From Candidatus Multivoradales bacterium (GTDB lineage Bacteria > Acidobacteriota > Thermoanaerobaculia > Multivoradales > Multivoraceae), in NCBI GenBank assembly GCA_965223325.1, contig CBDCWI010000001.1:1216001-1280000 (forward strand): DNA of 64,000 nucleotides, given 5' to 3'. This document shows, piece after piece, positions 27,815 to 36,823 of this stretch. Position 1 is the first letter of the stretch. The number at the start of each line of letters is the position of its first letter. The position numbers and the translations under genes were made by a program. Below the pieces are notes generated by a model. That model did not search any database and was not told the origin of the DNA. It worked only from the letters and a program-made list of their open reading frames with translations.

Positions 27815-28971
27815 CCTCCCCGTCGCATCGAAGCCAGGAATCCGCGGCGCGCGACAAGCCCAACGAAGGCCACCGGCGCTCCTACAGGGCGATCTCATAG
27901 GCCTGGCGAACGCGCAACGGACCGCTTGCGCCGCAAAGGTGATCAGTAGCAGGAGCCGTGGTACACGAGTTGCGCTCCGAAAGGACGGCCGACAACCTGC
28001 TCCGCCTCTCATCGCGAGGCCCGCACTACAAAAGCGTCAAAACCACGTTGCGATACCAACCAGCGACCCACACCCAGGACCGCGCAGCGAATCGACCCTG
28101 GCGTAGCTCTCTGGCTCCCGCCCTCGCATCGAAGCCACGGTTCCGCGGCGCGCGACAGGCTTAACGAAGGCCACCGGCGCTCCTACAGGGCGACCTCATA
28201 GGCCTGGCGAACGCGCAACGGACCGCTTGCGCCGCAAAGGTGATCAGTAGCAGGAGCCGTGGTACACGGCGTCGCGATCGGAAAGGACGGCCGACAACCT
28301 GCTCCGCCGCTCATCGCGAGGCCCGCACTACAAAAGCGTCAAAACCACGTTGCGATACCAACCAGCAACCCACACCCAGGACCGCGCAGCGAATCGACCC
28401 TGGCGTAGCAAGCCCTCTCTGGCTCCCGCCCTCGCATCGAAGCCAGGAATCCGCGGCGCGCGACAAGCCCAACGAAGGCCACCGGCGCTCCTACAGGGCG
28501 ACCTCATAGGCCTGGCGAACGCGCAACGGACCGCTTGCGCCGCAAAGGTGATCAGTAGCAGGAGCCGTGGTACAAGACGTTGCGCTCCGAAAGGACGGCC
28601 GACAACCTGCTCCGCCTCTCATCGCGAGGCCCGCACTACAAAAGCGTCAAAACCACGTTGCGATACCAACCAGCGACCCACACCCAGGACCGCGCAGCGA
28701 ATCGACCCTGGCGTAGCTCTCTGGCTCCCGCCCTCGCATCGAAGCCACGGTTCCGCGGCGCGCGACAGGCTTAACGAAGGCCACCGGCGGTCCTACAGGG
28801 CGACCTCATAGGCTTGGCGAACGCGCAACGGACCGCTTGCGCCGCAAAGGTGATCAGTAGCAGGAGCCGTGGTACACGACGTTGCGCTGCGAAAGGACGG
28901 CCGACAACCTGCTCCGCCTCTCATCGCGAGGCCCGCACTACAAACAGCGCTAAAACCACGGCTCCTGCTAC
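27815..28971. repeat. Non-coding tandem array, ~3.7 units of 301-308 bp in alternating A/B types
   Basis: TCGCATCGAAGCC at 27823, 28124, 28432 and 28734. Units 1 and 3 carry AGGAATCC..CAAGCCCAACG; units 2 and 4 carry ACGGTTCC..CAGGCTTAACG. Confidence 0.95.
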
Positions 28972-30959
28972 CGCCAGGGCGCTCGCACCTTCTGCCTGGC
29001 CTGGTAGCGCGCCAACCTCTCCTTGATGGCAGGATCGGCGCCACCGCCGCCGCTCCTCGAGATGACCTCCTCCTGCAGGCGAGCGGCTTCTTCGAAGCGT
29101 TCCAGCTCGGCCAGGGCCATGGCGACGGTTTCGGCGTGGTCGGCGCTGGGGGCGGCCTGCATGACGCCTTCGGCGAGGGCCAGGGCACGCGTACCGTCTC
29201 GGACTTCGGGATCGGCGCTGGCGGCGAGCAGCCGCGCGAGCGCATGCTCCAGGGGCATCGCGCGCGGCAATGCCGTGAGGCCGCGTTCGAGAACCGACTT
29301 GGCATCGGCGTCACGATCGGAGGCCATCAGCGCAACGGCGTGTCCGAACCAGGCGCCTACTTCCTCGGGCGCTGCTTCGTGGAGACGCTCGTAGGTTTCG
29401 TTCGAGGCGGCGAAGTCGCCGCTCGCCGCTTGTGCGCGCGCCAGCATGGACAAGACGTCGGCGCTCCCGGGGGCCAGGGTGAGCGCCGCTTCCAGATGCT
29501 CGATGGCCGGGGCAAGGCGAGGCGGTTGTTGAGACATGGCGAGGATCGCCAGGCGCGAGCGGGCCTCGATGCGCTCGCGAACGGCGCCGGGCGCATAGCC
29601 GAGGACGCGCGTGAGCTCCTTCTCGGCCACCTCGACCTTGCCGAGCTCGTAGAGCGCCGCCCCCAACGTGACCCGCGCGTCGGCCAGCGCCGGGTCGACG
29701 GCCAGGACCTGCTCGAGAATCGTCTGAGACTCGTTCGCCTTACCGACGCGCCACAGCACATCGGCAAGGCGGACTTGCGCTTCGAGGTCTCGAGGGTCGA
29801 TCTCGACCACTTTGCGGTATTGAGTCTCGGCCTCCGCCAGGTCTCCGCGGCGCGCCAGCATCAACCCCAGGTTGAAACGCGGGTCGCGGTAGTCGTCGCG
29901 CAGCGCGATCGCCTTCCTCAGGTAGGTCTCGGCTTCGCCGTGGCGACCGAGCTCGATGAGTGCCATGCCGGCGTTGAACCACCCCTCGTGGCTCGACGGC
30001 TCGGCTTCGACCAGCGAACGGAAGGCCTCGAGCGCCGCCTCAGCATCACCGGCACGCAGGGCCTCAGTGCCGCGTTTGAAGAACGCCTCACGGCTGACGT
30101 TCAACGTCTTGACGCGATCCATCAACGGGTCAGGAAAGGCGATCTCAACGTGTTTGTTGGCGCGCAGCGCGTGGCGCGCCGCGTCACGCTGCCCGATAGC
30201 GCGCAGGGCCAACCCCAGGTGATGGTTGACGACGCTGCCCTCGGGCTGACCCGGCAGTGCCTTCCGAAACCATTCGACCGCTTCGGCCGCCTCGCCTTCG
30301 TCCAACAGCACACGCCCCAGGTAGGCCTGCGCAGCGGAGCTCGAGGGCTCGAGGTCGAGAGCGTGCAGGGCGGCCCGCCGTGCCGCGGCGAGCTCACCGC
30401 GTTGGAGTTGGATCTCGGCGAGCCGTATCCAACCCTCGATGCCGCGCGGCTCCTTCAGAGTGGTCAACCCGAACTGATCGGCCGCCGCATCGAGGTTGCC
30501 GTCGAAGAGCTCGAGTACACCGAGGTAGTAGTGCCAACGGGCGTCCTCGGGAGCTAGCGCCGACGCTTGCGAGAGGGCGGGTCGCGCCGCGTCCATGAAG
30601 TCGTAGAGCAGATACAACCGCCCTAGCAGCCCGACCGCATCGGCCAGCTCGGGCGCGGACGTCTCCTCGAGAGCGGCCAGCCGCGCGAGGCGCTGGCGCG
30701 CATCCTCGACCTGCGAAGTCACGCCATCTTCGTATTGATCGAGCGAGGGAGAAGGAATCGCATCGATGTCGACCGCCGGCGACGCCGGTTGAGCGAACAG
30801 CGGTATCGGCGAGCAAAACACAACAGACAGGCCCACTAACCCGGCCATCGCCAACCCGGCCATCGCACCTCCGCCGCGACTCGGTTCAGACGACGTCACA
30901 CCGCTGACCGTCCGACGGGTCAGGGCCGCGGCCCATGGGCCGCGGCGTCGATCAATCAC
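28968..30959 (-). CDS. Secreted TPR-repeat protein, paralog of 12824..14626
   Basis: GTGA overlap with the upstream CRTAC1 gene; TPRs; C-terminal RLLAA..VRDGTRALALAE..AETVAMALAE. Confidence 0.88.
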   Translation of the reverse strand: MIDRRRGPWAAALTRRTVSGVTSSEPSRGGGAMAGLAMAGLVGLSVVFCSPIPLFAQPASPAVDIDAIPSPSLDQYEDGVTSQVEDARQRLARLAALEETSAPELADAVGLLGRLYLLYDFMDAARPALSQASALAPEDARWHYYLGVLELFDGNLDAAADQFGLTTLKEPRGIEGWIRLAEIQLQRGELAAARRAALHALDLEPSSSAAQAYLGRVLLDEGEAAEAVEWFRKALPGQPEGSVVNHHLGLALRAIGQRDAARHALRANKHVEIAFPDPLMDRVKTLNVSREAFFKRGTEALRAGDAEAALEAFRSLVEAEPSSHEGWFNAGMALIELGRHGEAETYLRKAIALRDDYRDPRFNLGLMLARRGDLAEAETQYRKVVEIDPRDLEAQVRLADVLWRVGKANESQTILEQVLAVDPALADARVTLGAALYELGKVEVAEKELTRVLGYAPGAVRERIEARSRLAILAMSQQPPRLAPAIEHLEAALTLAPGSADVLSMLARAQAASGDFAASNETYERLHEAAPEEVGAWFGHAVALMASDRDADAKSVLERGLTALPRAMPLEHALARLLAASADPEVRDGTRALALAEGVMQAAPSADHAETVAMALAELERFEEAARLQEEVISRSGGGGADPAIKERLARYQARQKVRAPWR

Positions 30960-32752
30960 TCTTCCTGACCTTCGCCACGCACGAGGGTGCGGTAGCCGCC
31001 GGCCTCGAGGTTCGAGAACCGTTCGCTTCCTCCGCCCGGCCAGTCGACCCGAACGTTGACCTTCTCTCCCGGTGACACCGCCAGAACAACCCGTGGGTCG
31101 GACGCCGCCCCGTAGCTCCCATCGGTGTGGACGCGGCGAACCTGGCCGCTTCCGTCTTCGAGCGTCACCACCGCGCCGTAGGCATCGCGAAGAGCAGCCG
31201 GATCTCCCGGTGGGTCAAAGGCGACCCGCAAACCAATCCACTCCCCTGGCAGAGGGTCACGCTGGTTCAGCCACAGCCGCACCGGCCCGGCGTTGTTGAC
31301 CACCACCAGGTCGGTGTCCCCGTCGTTGTCGAGATCACCACCGGCCACCGCGCGCCCCACCTCGGCAAGCGGCGGCGACGCCTCGCGCCTGGCCGCCGGC
31401 ACTTCCTCGAAACGGCCGCCGCCGAGCCCTCTCCAAAGCTGATCGGTCTCGCGCATTGGCAGCAGCTCGCCCGCCTCCAGCTGCTCCGGATCGCGCCGCA
31501 CCCCACCATTGGCAACGAACAGGTCGAGGTGACCGTCGAGATCCTGGTCAAAGGCTATGGTGCCGAAACCGGTTGCCGACCAACTACTCTCGCCAAGCCC
31601 GGCATCGACGGTGACATCCTCGAAGAACCCCGTGCCATCGTTCTCATAGAGGGTGTTGGTCTCACGCTGGAGATGGGTCATGAACAGATCGACCGCCCCG
31701 TCTCCAGTGAGGTCCTCGGCGACCACACCCATGCTCGCCTGGGGCATTCCTTTCCCATCGACGGCAGTGCCAGCAATCAGGGCGTCGTCGATGAACTTTC
31801 CTTCGCCCCGGTTGAGCCACATGTGGTTCTCCATTTGATCGTTGGCGACATACAGGTCCTGCCGACCGTCACCATCGAAATCAGCCGCGACGACTCCGAG
31901 GGTCGAACCCTTCGCCTCTCCTGCCACCTCGCCTTCGTCGCCCACCGCAACCATGCCCGCACGCGCGGTCACATCCTCGAAGCGGCCGCCCCCGAGGTTG
32001 TGCAGTAGCCGATTCGCCTCCTCGGGAAAGGCGCGTGGGCCACAGTAGTCGAACGCTCCCGTCGACGACGCGCAACGCTTGTGCGTCGCAACCCGGAACT
32101 CGACGTAATTGCCCACGTACAGATCGAGCAGACCGTCGTCGTCGTAGTCAAAGGCCGTCGCCGCAGCGCTCCACCGCGTGTCGTTGGTGCCACTCGCCTC
32201 GGTGATATTGACGAACCTGCCGCCGTCGTTCTGCCACATCTCGTTGTCGGCATGGTTGAGGATGTAGAGGTCGACGAAGCCATCGTTATCGAAGTCGCCG
32301 GTCGCGACCCCGGTTGCGTAACCGCGCGCATCGAGCCCAACCTCTGCCGTCACATCGACGAAGGAGAGCGACTGCGGACCCTCCGTCGCATCGAGCTGGT
32401 TCTTGAAGAAGCGGTCGGACAAAGCGCCGCTGGGTGGTTCGACCAGCGGATCGCCATCCCCGAGGCTCTGGCCCTGCCCCAGATAGACGTCGAGGTCACC
32501 ATCCTGATCGAAGTCGAACAGAGCCACCGCTCCGCCCATGTGCTCGAGAAAGTAGAGCTCGCCCGACATCCCGTTCCAGTGCTCGAAGACCAGGCCGGTC
32601 GCCGCCGCCTTCTCCACCAGAACCGGGGTGGGCTGGTCGTCGGCAGTTGCCGCGCGTATGAGGACCAGACCGAATAGTCCGCCCGCGACCAGGGCAGCGA
32701 GCATCGCGGCCGTGCGTTGGGTCGTCCGTGGGTCGGGGCGAGAATTCATCAT
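30956..32752 (-). CDS. CRTAC1/ASPIC-UnbV family FG-GAP protein
   Basis: HWNGMSGELYFLE, DFDQDGDLDVY, C....FDYCGP, QASMGV, DGSYGAASD, WPGG. Confidence 0.92.
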   Translation of the reverse strand: MMNSRPDPRTTQRTAAMLAALVAGGLFGLVLIRAATADDQPTPVLVEKAAATGLVFEHWNGMSGELYFLEHMGGAVALFDFDQDGDLDVYLGQGQSLGDGDPLVEPPSGALSDRFFKNQLDATEGPQSLSFVDVTAEVGLDARGYATGVATGDFDNDGFVDLYILNHADNEMWQNDGGRFVNITEASGTNDTRWSAAATAFDYDDDGLLDLYVGNYVEFRVATHKRCASSTGAFDYCGPRAFPEEANRLLHNLGGGRFEDVTARAGMVAVGDEGEVAGEAKGSTLGVVAADFDGDGRQDLYVANDQMENHMWLNRGEGKFIDDALIAGTAVDGKGMPQASMGVVAEDLTGDGAVDLFMTHLQRETNTLYENDGTGFFEDVTVDAGLGESSWSATGFGTIAFDQDLDGHLDLFVANGGVRRDPEQLEAGELLPMRETDQLWRGLGGGRFEEVPAARREASPPLAEVGRAVAGGDLDNDGDTDLVVVNNAGPVRLWLNQRDPLPGEWIGLRVAFDPPGDPAALRDAYGAVVTLEDGSGQVRRVHTDGSYGAASDPRVVLAVSPGEKVNVRVDWPGGGSERFSNLEAGGYRTLVRGEGQEE

Positions 32753-33057
32753 GGGCGGATTGGGGCGCTACGGTCCGAACGATCAAGCGACGTTATCAAC
32801 TGGAAGGCGCCCGCGGCGCGGCGATCCGTCATTGAATCTCTGATTCCTCGGGCACTTCCAGCGTTCGATTCTCTTTTGCCATCGAAGACGACTCGGACCG
32901 GAATTCCACGTTCCAAAGCGCAGTTGAACCCAATCAACCCTTGCCATCCTTCTCCGCTAGCCGCCCGAGGATTCACCATCTCTCACCAGTCCCCATCGCC
33001 TGCCTACCCTGCGGACGAGCTTGCTAACATCCGCGGAACCCCTCTCTGGAGACCAAA

Positions 33058-34710
33058 ATGAAGCCTTGCTCACGATCCGCCGCCAGGCCCGGCCTGCGCG
33101 CCCTCATGATCGCTCTCTTTGTCGGCGCCTTTCTGACTGTTGCCACCGCCGCGCCAACTCTCGCTCAGGAAAAGGCTCGCCTGGTCAACCCCAAGAAGAA
33201 GGACGCCGACCAGAAGGAAGAAGCGGTCGAACCAGCCCCGGCCGAAGCCACGGACGACGAGGCGGAAGCGGCGGAAGCCAAGAACGACGCCAAGGCGGCC
33301 AAACGCGAGCGCCGCCGCGCCGAGAGAGCTGCGGCAGACGAAGCCAAGCGCGAGCGTGAGGCGCAAGAACGCGCCGCCAAGGCAGAACGAGACGCGGCAG
33401 CCCAGGCCGAGCGAGAGCGCGCCGCCAACGAGCGCGCCGCAGAGCGCAGGGCGCGAGCCGAGGAACGCGAGGCGGAGCGCGCCGAAGCCCAGGCCGCCGA
33501 AGCCGCTGCTCAACCTGAAGCCGCCGCCGAGGCGGCGACCAAGGCTCCTCCCCCCGTCATGGCAGCTCCCAAACCCAGCGGCGCCACCCCAATCCCCAAA
33601 GCGCCCGAACCAAGGCGAGCCGCAACCCCGGCGCCGGCCCCTGTACCGGCTCCTGCACCCGCCGCCCGCGATCGGCGTTCGAACCTTCCGGCGCGCTCAC
33701 CTGACGTCGTCGAGGAGACCATCGTCGTCAGCGAGGTGCTGCTCGACGTCCTGGTCACCGATCGCAAAGGCGCAGTCATTCACGGCCTCGGATCAGAAGA
33801 CTTCATCGTCACCGAAGAAGGTCAGGAAGTGCCCGTGACCAGCGTCACTTTCTACGGCACTGAAGAGGAGCTGCAGGGCTCCGGGGTCGGCGAGGAGGCG
33901 CGCTCGGATCGCTACTTCGTCCTGCTCTTCCACGATCAGAAGCAGTCGGCCCCGTTCCTGACCGCGGCGCAGCTCGACGCCGCCCGCTGGACGAAGAAGT
34001 GGATCGAGAACGACCTGCAACCCAACGACCAGGTCGCGGTCATGGGGTACGACGTGCGCCTGAAGCTCTACCAGGACTTCACGCGCGACCCAGCCTTGAT
34101 CGCGCAAGCCGTAGAAGACGCGGCCCTCGGCAAGAAGGAGCCCGTCCGTAGGAACACGCGCTCCGCCCCCGACTTCGACCTCGACAGCCCGTCGCTGTTC
34201 GTGAACCTGCCAACCGACTCGGCGCTCGCCAAGGAAACGCGCAAGATGCAAGAGGCGCTGGCGTTGATCGGGCGCGCCGCCGAACCCATCGTCGGCCGCA
34301 AAAACCTCCTGCTCTATAGCGTCGGGTACGGCGAGATCGACCAGGGTTCACCCCACTGGACCCCGGATCCGCGCTACTACCCTGACATGAAGGAGTCGCT
34401 CAACGACGGCAACATCGCCCTCTACGCAGTCGACATGCAGGGGTCGACCCGCGGCCGACCGGGTGCCGCTCGAATCAACGATTCACTGAGTTCGATCGCC
34501 ACCGACACCGGTGGCCACTACTACTGGAACTTCACCAACCATCGTGTACCGCTGCAGCAGGTCACCAAAGACAACCTCGGCTACTACCTGGTGAGCTACC
34601 AGACTCGCTACCCACGTGGCGAGAAGGGCTACCGCGAGGTCGAGGTCGAAACAAGAGACCGGAGTCACAAGGTGAGAGCCCGCCAGGGGTACCGCTACGG
34701 CGGCAGCTAG
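33058..34710 (+). CDS. Acidobacterial VWFA-related domain protein with Ala/Glu/Arg-rich and Pro-rich N-terminal tether
   Basis: Signal peptide, low-complexity stretch, VLLDVLVTDRKG..GL..EDF.V.E.G, QDFTRD, GRKNLL, IATDTGG, YYLVSY, VRARQGY. Confidence 0.88.
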   Translation: MKPCSRSAARPGLRALMIALFVGAFLTVATAAPTLAQEKARLVNPKKKDADQKEEAVEPAPAEATDDEAEAAEAKNDAKAAKRERRRAERAAADEAKREREAQERAAKAERDAAAQAERERAANERAAERRARAEEREAERAEAQAAEAAAQPEAAAEAATKAPPPVMAAPKPSGATPIPKAPEPRRAATPAPAPVPAPAPAARDRRSNLPARSPDVVEETIVVSEVLLDVLVTDRKGAVIHGLGSEDFIVTEEGQEVPVTSVTFYGTEEELQGSGVGEEARSDRYFVLLFHDQKQSAPFLTAAQLDAARWTKKWIENDLQPNDQVAVMGYDVRLKLYQDFTRDPALIAQAVEDAALGKKEPVRRNTRSAPDFDLDSPSLFVNLPTDSALAKETRKMQEALALIGRAAEPIVGRKNLLLYSVGYGEIDQGSPHWTPDPRYYPDMKESLNDGNIALYAVDMQGSTRGRPGAARINDSLSSIATDTGGHYYWNFTNHRVPLQQVTKDNLGYYLVSYQTRYPRGEKGYREVEVETRDRSHKVRARQGYRYGGS

Positions 34711-34755
34711 CCGAGAGTCCTTCTCCGGCGGCCCCTCACTGAACGAACTGATCTC

Positions 34756-35289
34756 CTACTCGAGCGTCAGGACCCTGGCTGCCGATACCGGCAAACCGTC
34801 GACGACCGCGACCGGCTTCCATGTTTCGACTTCGTCTCGGCCCTCGCCCTGACGCGTGATCTCGAACCAGCGAGCCTGGCGCAGGGTCACTACGAGATCG
34901 AGCTTGCCATCTGAAGGTGCAGGGCGGTCGCTCTCGGACGTCCAGAAATTGAAGAGTCGAACCGTCGTCGTCTCACCGGCCGGCACTTCCTGGTACCAGA
35001 GCTCCTTGGCGTAGACCTCGAGTGCATCGCCATTGAGAGTGACATCGAAACCCAGTTCGGAGGCCGAGCGGTCGCCGGCATTTCGAATCTCGACCGAAAG
35101 CGTACAAAGCGTATCCGCGCCGGGATTCTCGGGAGAAACATGGACTGCGGCGATCTCGATCTGCGCTGGCTGTGCGGGCGGCGACTCCTGGGCAACGCCA
35201 GGCTCAACACTCGTCGAGAACACGAGGGCGAGCCAGAGGACTCGCCAGGGGGCGGTCTTGTGATGGCGACGAAACGAACCAGGCATCAT
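34756..35289 (-). CDS. Secreted hypothetical protein (possible Ig-like/CARDB-type fold)
   Basis: Signal-like VLWLALVFSTSVEPGVAQ and LSVEIRNAGDR..VPAGETTTV pattern; start uncertain. Confidence 0.6.
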   Translation of the reverse strand: MMPGSFRRHHKTAPWRVLWLALVFSTSVEPGVAQESPPAQPAQIEIAAVHVSPENPGADTLCTLSVEIRNAGDRSASELGFDVTLNGDALEVYAKELWYQEVPAGETTTVRLFNFWTSESDRPAPSDGKLDLVVTLRQARWFEITRQGEGRDEVETWKPVAVVDGLPVSAARVLTLE

Positions 35290-35391
35290 GGTGGGCATCA
35301 TAACGAGGGTGGGGGGCTCGCTGCCCATCCAGCGGAGGGATCCAGCCGTAGAACGAACGTATCCTCCCGAAAGCCCTCCGCGGACAACCCC

Positions 35392-36813
35392 ATGAAAGCA
35401 CAACCCATTCCAATTCCCACGACCGCAACGAGACGGTCGCTCGCCCTTCTCTCTGGAGCTGTGGTTCTCGGAGCCTTGAGCCTCAGCACCCCGGCCAACG
35501 CCCAGCTCTCCACCGACGAGGGCTATCGGCTGGTCCGTGACTTGATGGGAGACAGCAAGAAGATCCGGCGCAAGGCAGCCAACCGGCTCGAGAAGGAAGG
35601 CGGCGCGACCTGGGCCGTTCCTGTGGTCGATGCGCTCTTCTTTACACCCTCCATCAACCGGGCCGAGTCCTTCGCCTTCCTCCGCTCTGTGTCGGGCCAG
35701 AACCACGGCAAGCGCTACCTGGACTGGATCGAGTGGGTCGGCGGTGCGGGACTCGAGCCTCCGCCCGGCTACTACGAGTTCAAGCGTTCTCTCCTCGCGC
35801 GCATCGACCCGCGCTACGAGTCGGTCTTCTACGACGGCGCGCCAATGAAGATTCGCTTCGAAGAGATCGTCTCAGGCGGCGTACGACTGAACGGCATTCC
35901 GGCCATTGTCGACCCCGAACAGGTCGCTGCCGACGATGCCGGCTTCATGGCGGCGCGTGATCGCGTCTTCGGCGTCGTCGTCGGTGACGATGTGCGCGCC
36001 TATCCGGTGAAGGTGCTCAGTTGGCACGAGATGCTCAACGACATCGTGGGCGGCGAGCCCATCATGATCTCCTACTGCACCCTGTGCGGTTCGGCGGTTC
36101 TCTACAAAACCGCAGCACCCAACGGCAAGCGCATCGGGTTTGGCACTTCGGGACTGCTCTACCGATCCAACAAACTGATGTTCGACCAGTCGACGCTCAG
36201 TCTGTGGAACAACCTCACCGGAGAGGCCGTCGTGGGCCGGAAAGCCGTCGCGAACTCGCGTCTCGAGATGCTACCGATCGTTTTGACGACCTGGGCAAAG
36301 TGGAAGGACCGACATCCGGAAACCACGATCATGAAGCCGGATCCCGACCTCGAGCGCCAGTGGGGCTTTCGCTATCTCGAAGGCGCGGCCGAGCGAGCGC
36401 GGACCGGCGTATCGTTTCCGGTCTGGCAAAAGAGTGACGCCCTGGCCGGCAACACCGAGGTCTTCGTCCTGCGCGCCGGCTCGGCCACCAGGGCCTGGCC
36501 GCTCGAGCCACTCGCCCGCCGCGGCCTGTTGAATGACCGGGTCGGCGCTCTCGCCGTTCTCCTCCTCGCCGACGAGGCCGGAGGCGTCCGAGCCTACGCG
36601 CGCTCCGACATCTCGTTTTCGATGAAAGACGGCGTCCTGGTCGACGATGACGGCCAACCCTGGAAGATCACCAGCGACCGACTGGAGCCGCCAGGCAACG
36701 AGCAGCGCGCCGATCTCGAAACCCCGGCCAGCTTCGAACGACTTCCTGGCCATGTGGCGTACTGGTTCGGTTGGTACGGCATGGAGCCGGACACGGAGTT
36801 GTGGACTCCTTAG
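35392..36813 (+). CDS. DUF3179 domain protein
   Basis: GG...GIPAI..P, RAYP...WHEMLND, YCTLCGS, FGTSGLLYRSN, YWFGW. Confidence 0.85.
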   Translation: MKAQPIPIPTTATRRSLALLSGAVVLGALSLSTPANAQLSTDEGYRLVRDLMGDSKKIRRKAANRLEKEGGATWAVPVVDALFFTPSINRAESFAFLRSVSGQNHGKRYLDWIEWVGGAGLEPPPGYYEFKRSLLARIDPRYESVFYDGAPMKIRFEEIVSGGVRLNGIPAIVDPEQVAADDAGFMAARDRVFGVVVGDDVRAYPVKVLSWHEMLNDIVGGEPIMISYCTLCGSAVLYKTAAPNGKRIGFGTSGLLYRSNKLMFDQSTLSLWNNLTGEAVVGRKAVANSRLEMLPIVLTTWAKWKDRHPETTIMKPDPDLERQWGFRYLEGAAERARTGVSFPVWQKSDALAGNTEVFVLRAGSATRAWPLEPLARRGLLNDRVGALAVLLLADEAGGVRAYARSDISFSMKDGVLVDDDGQPWKITSDRLEPPGNEQRADLETPASFERLPGHVAYWFGWYGMEPDTELWTP

Positions 36814-36823
36814 CCGAGGGACG

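Noticed and set aside
27815-28971. CRISPR array, or repeated small ORFs (27958..28164, 28350..28811, 28580..28774) as genes
   Set aside because: No unique spacers; unit lengths break the reading frame; translations resemble no family I recognise.
28869-30557. Long antisense or alternate-frame ORFs (also 886..1953, 4052..5116, 60468..61805)
   Set aside because: Shadow ORFs expected in high-GC coding DNA opposite well-supported genes.
35392-36813. Selenoprotein recoding in DUF3179
   Set aside because: The ORF is open with ordinary Cys codons and no in-frame TGA.
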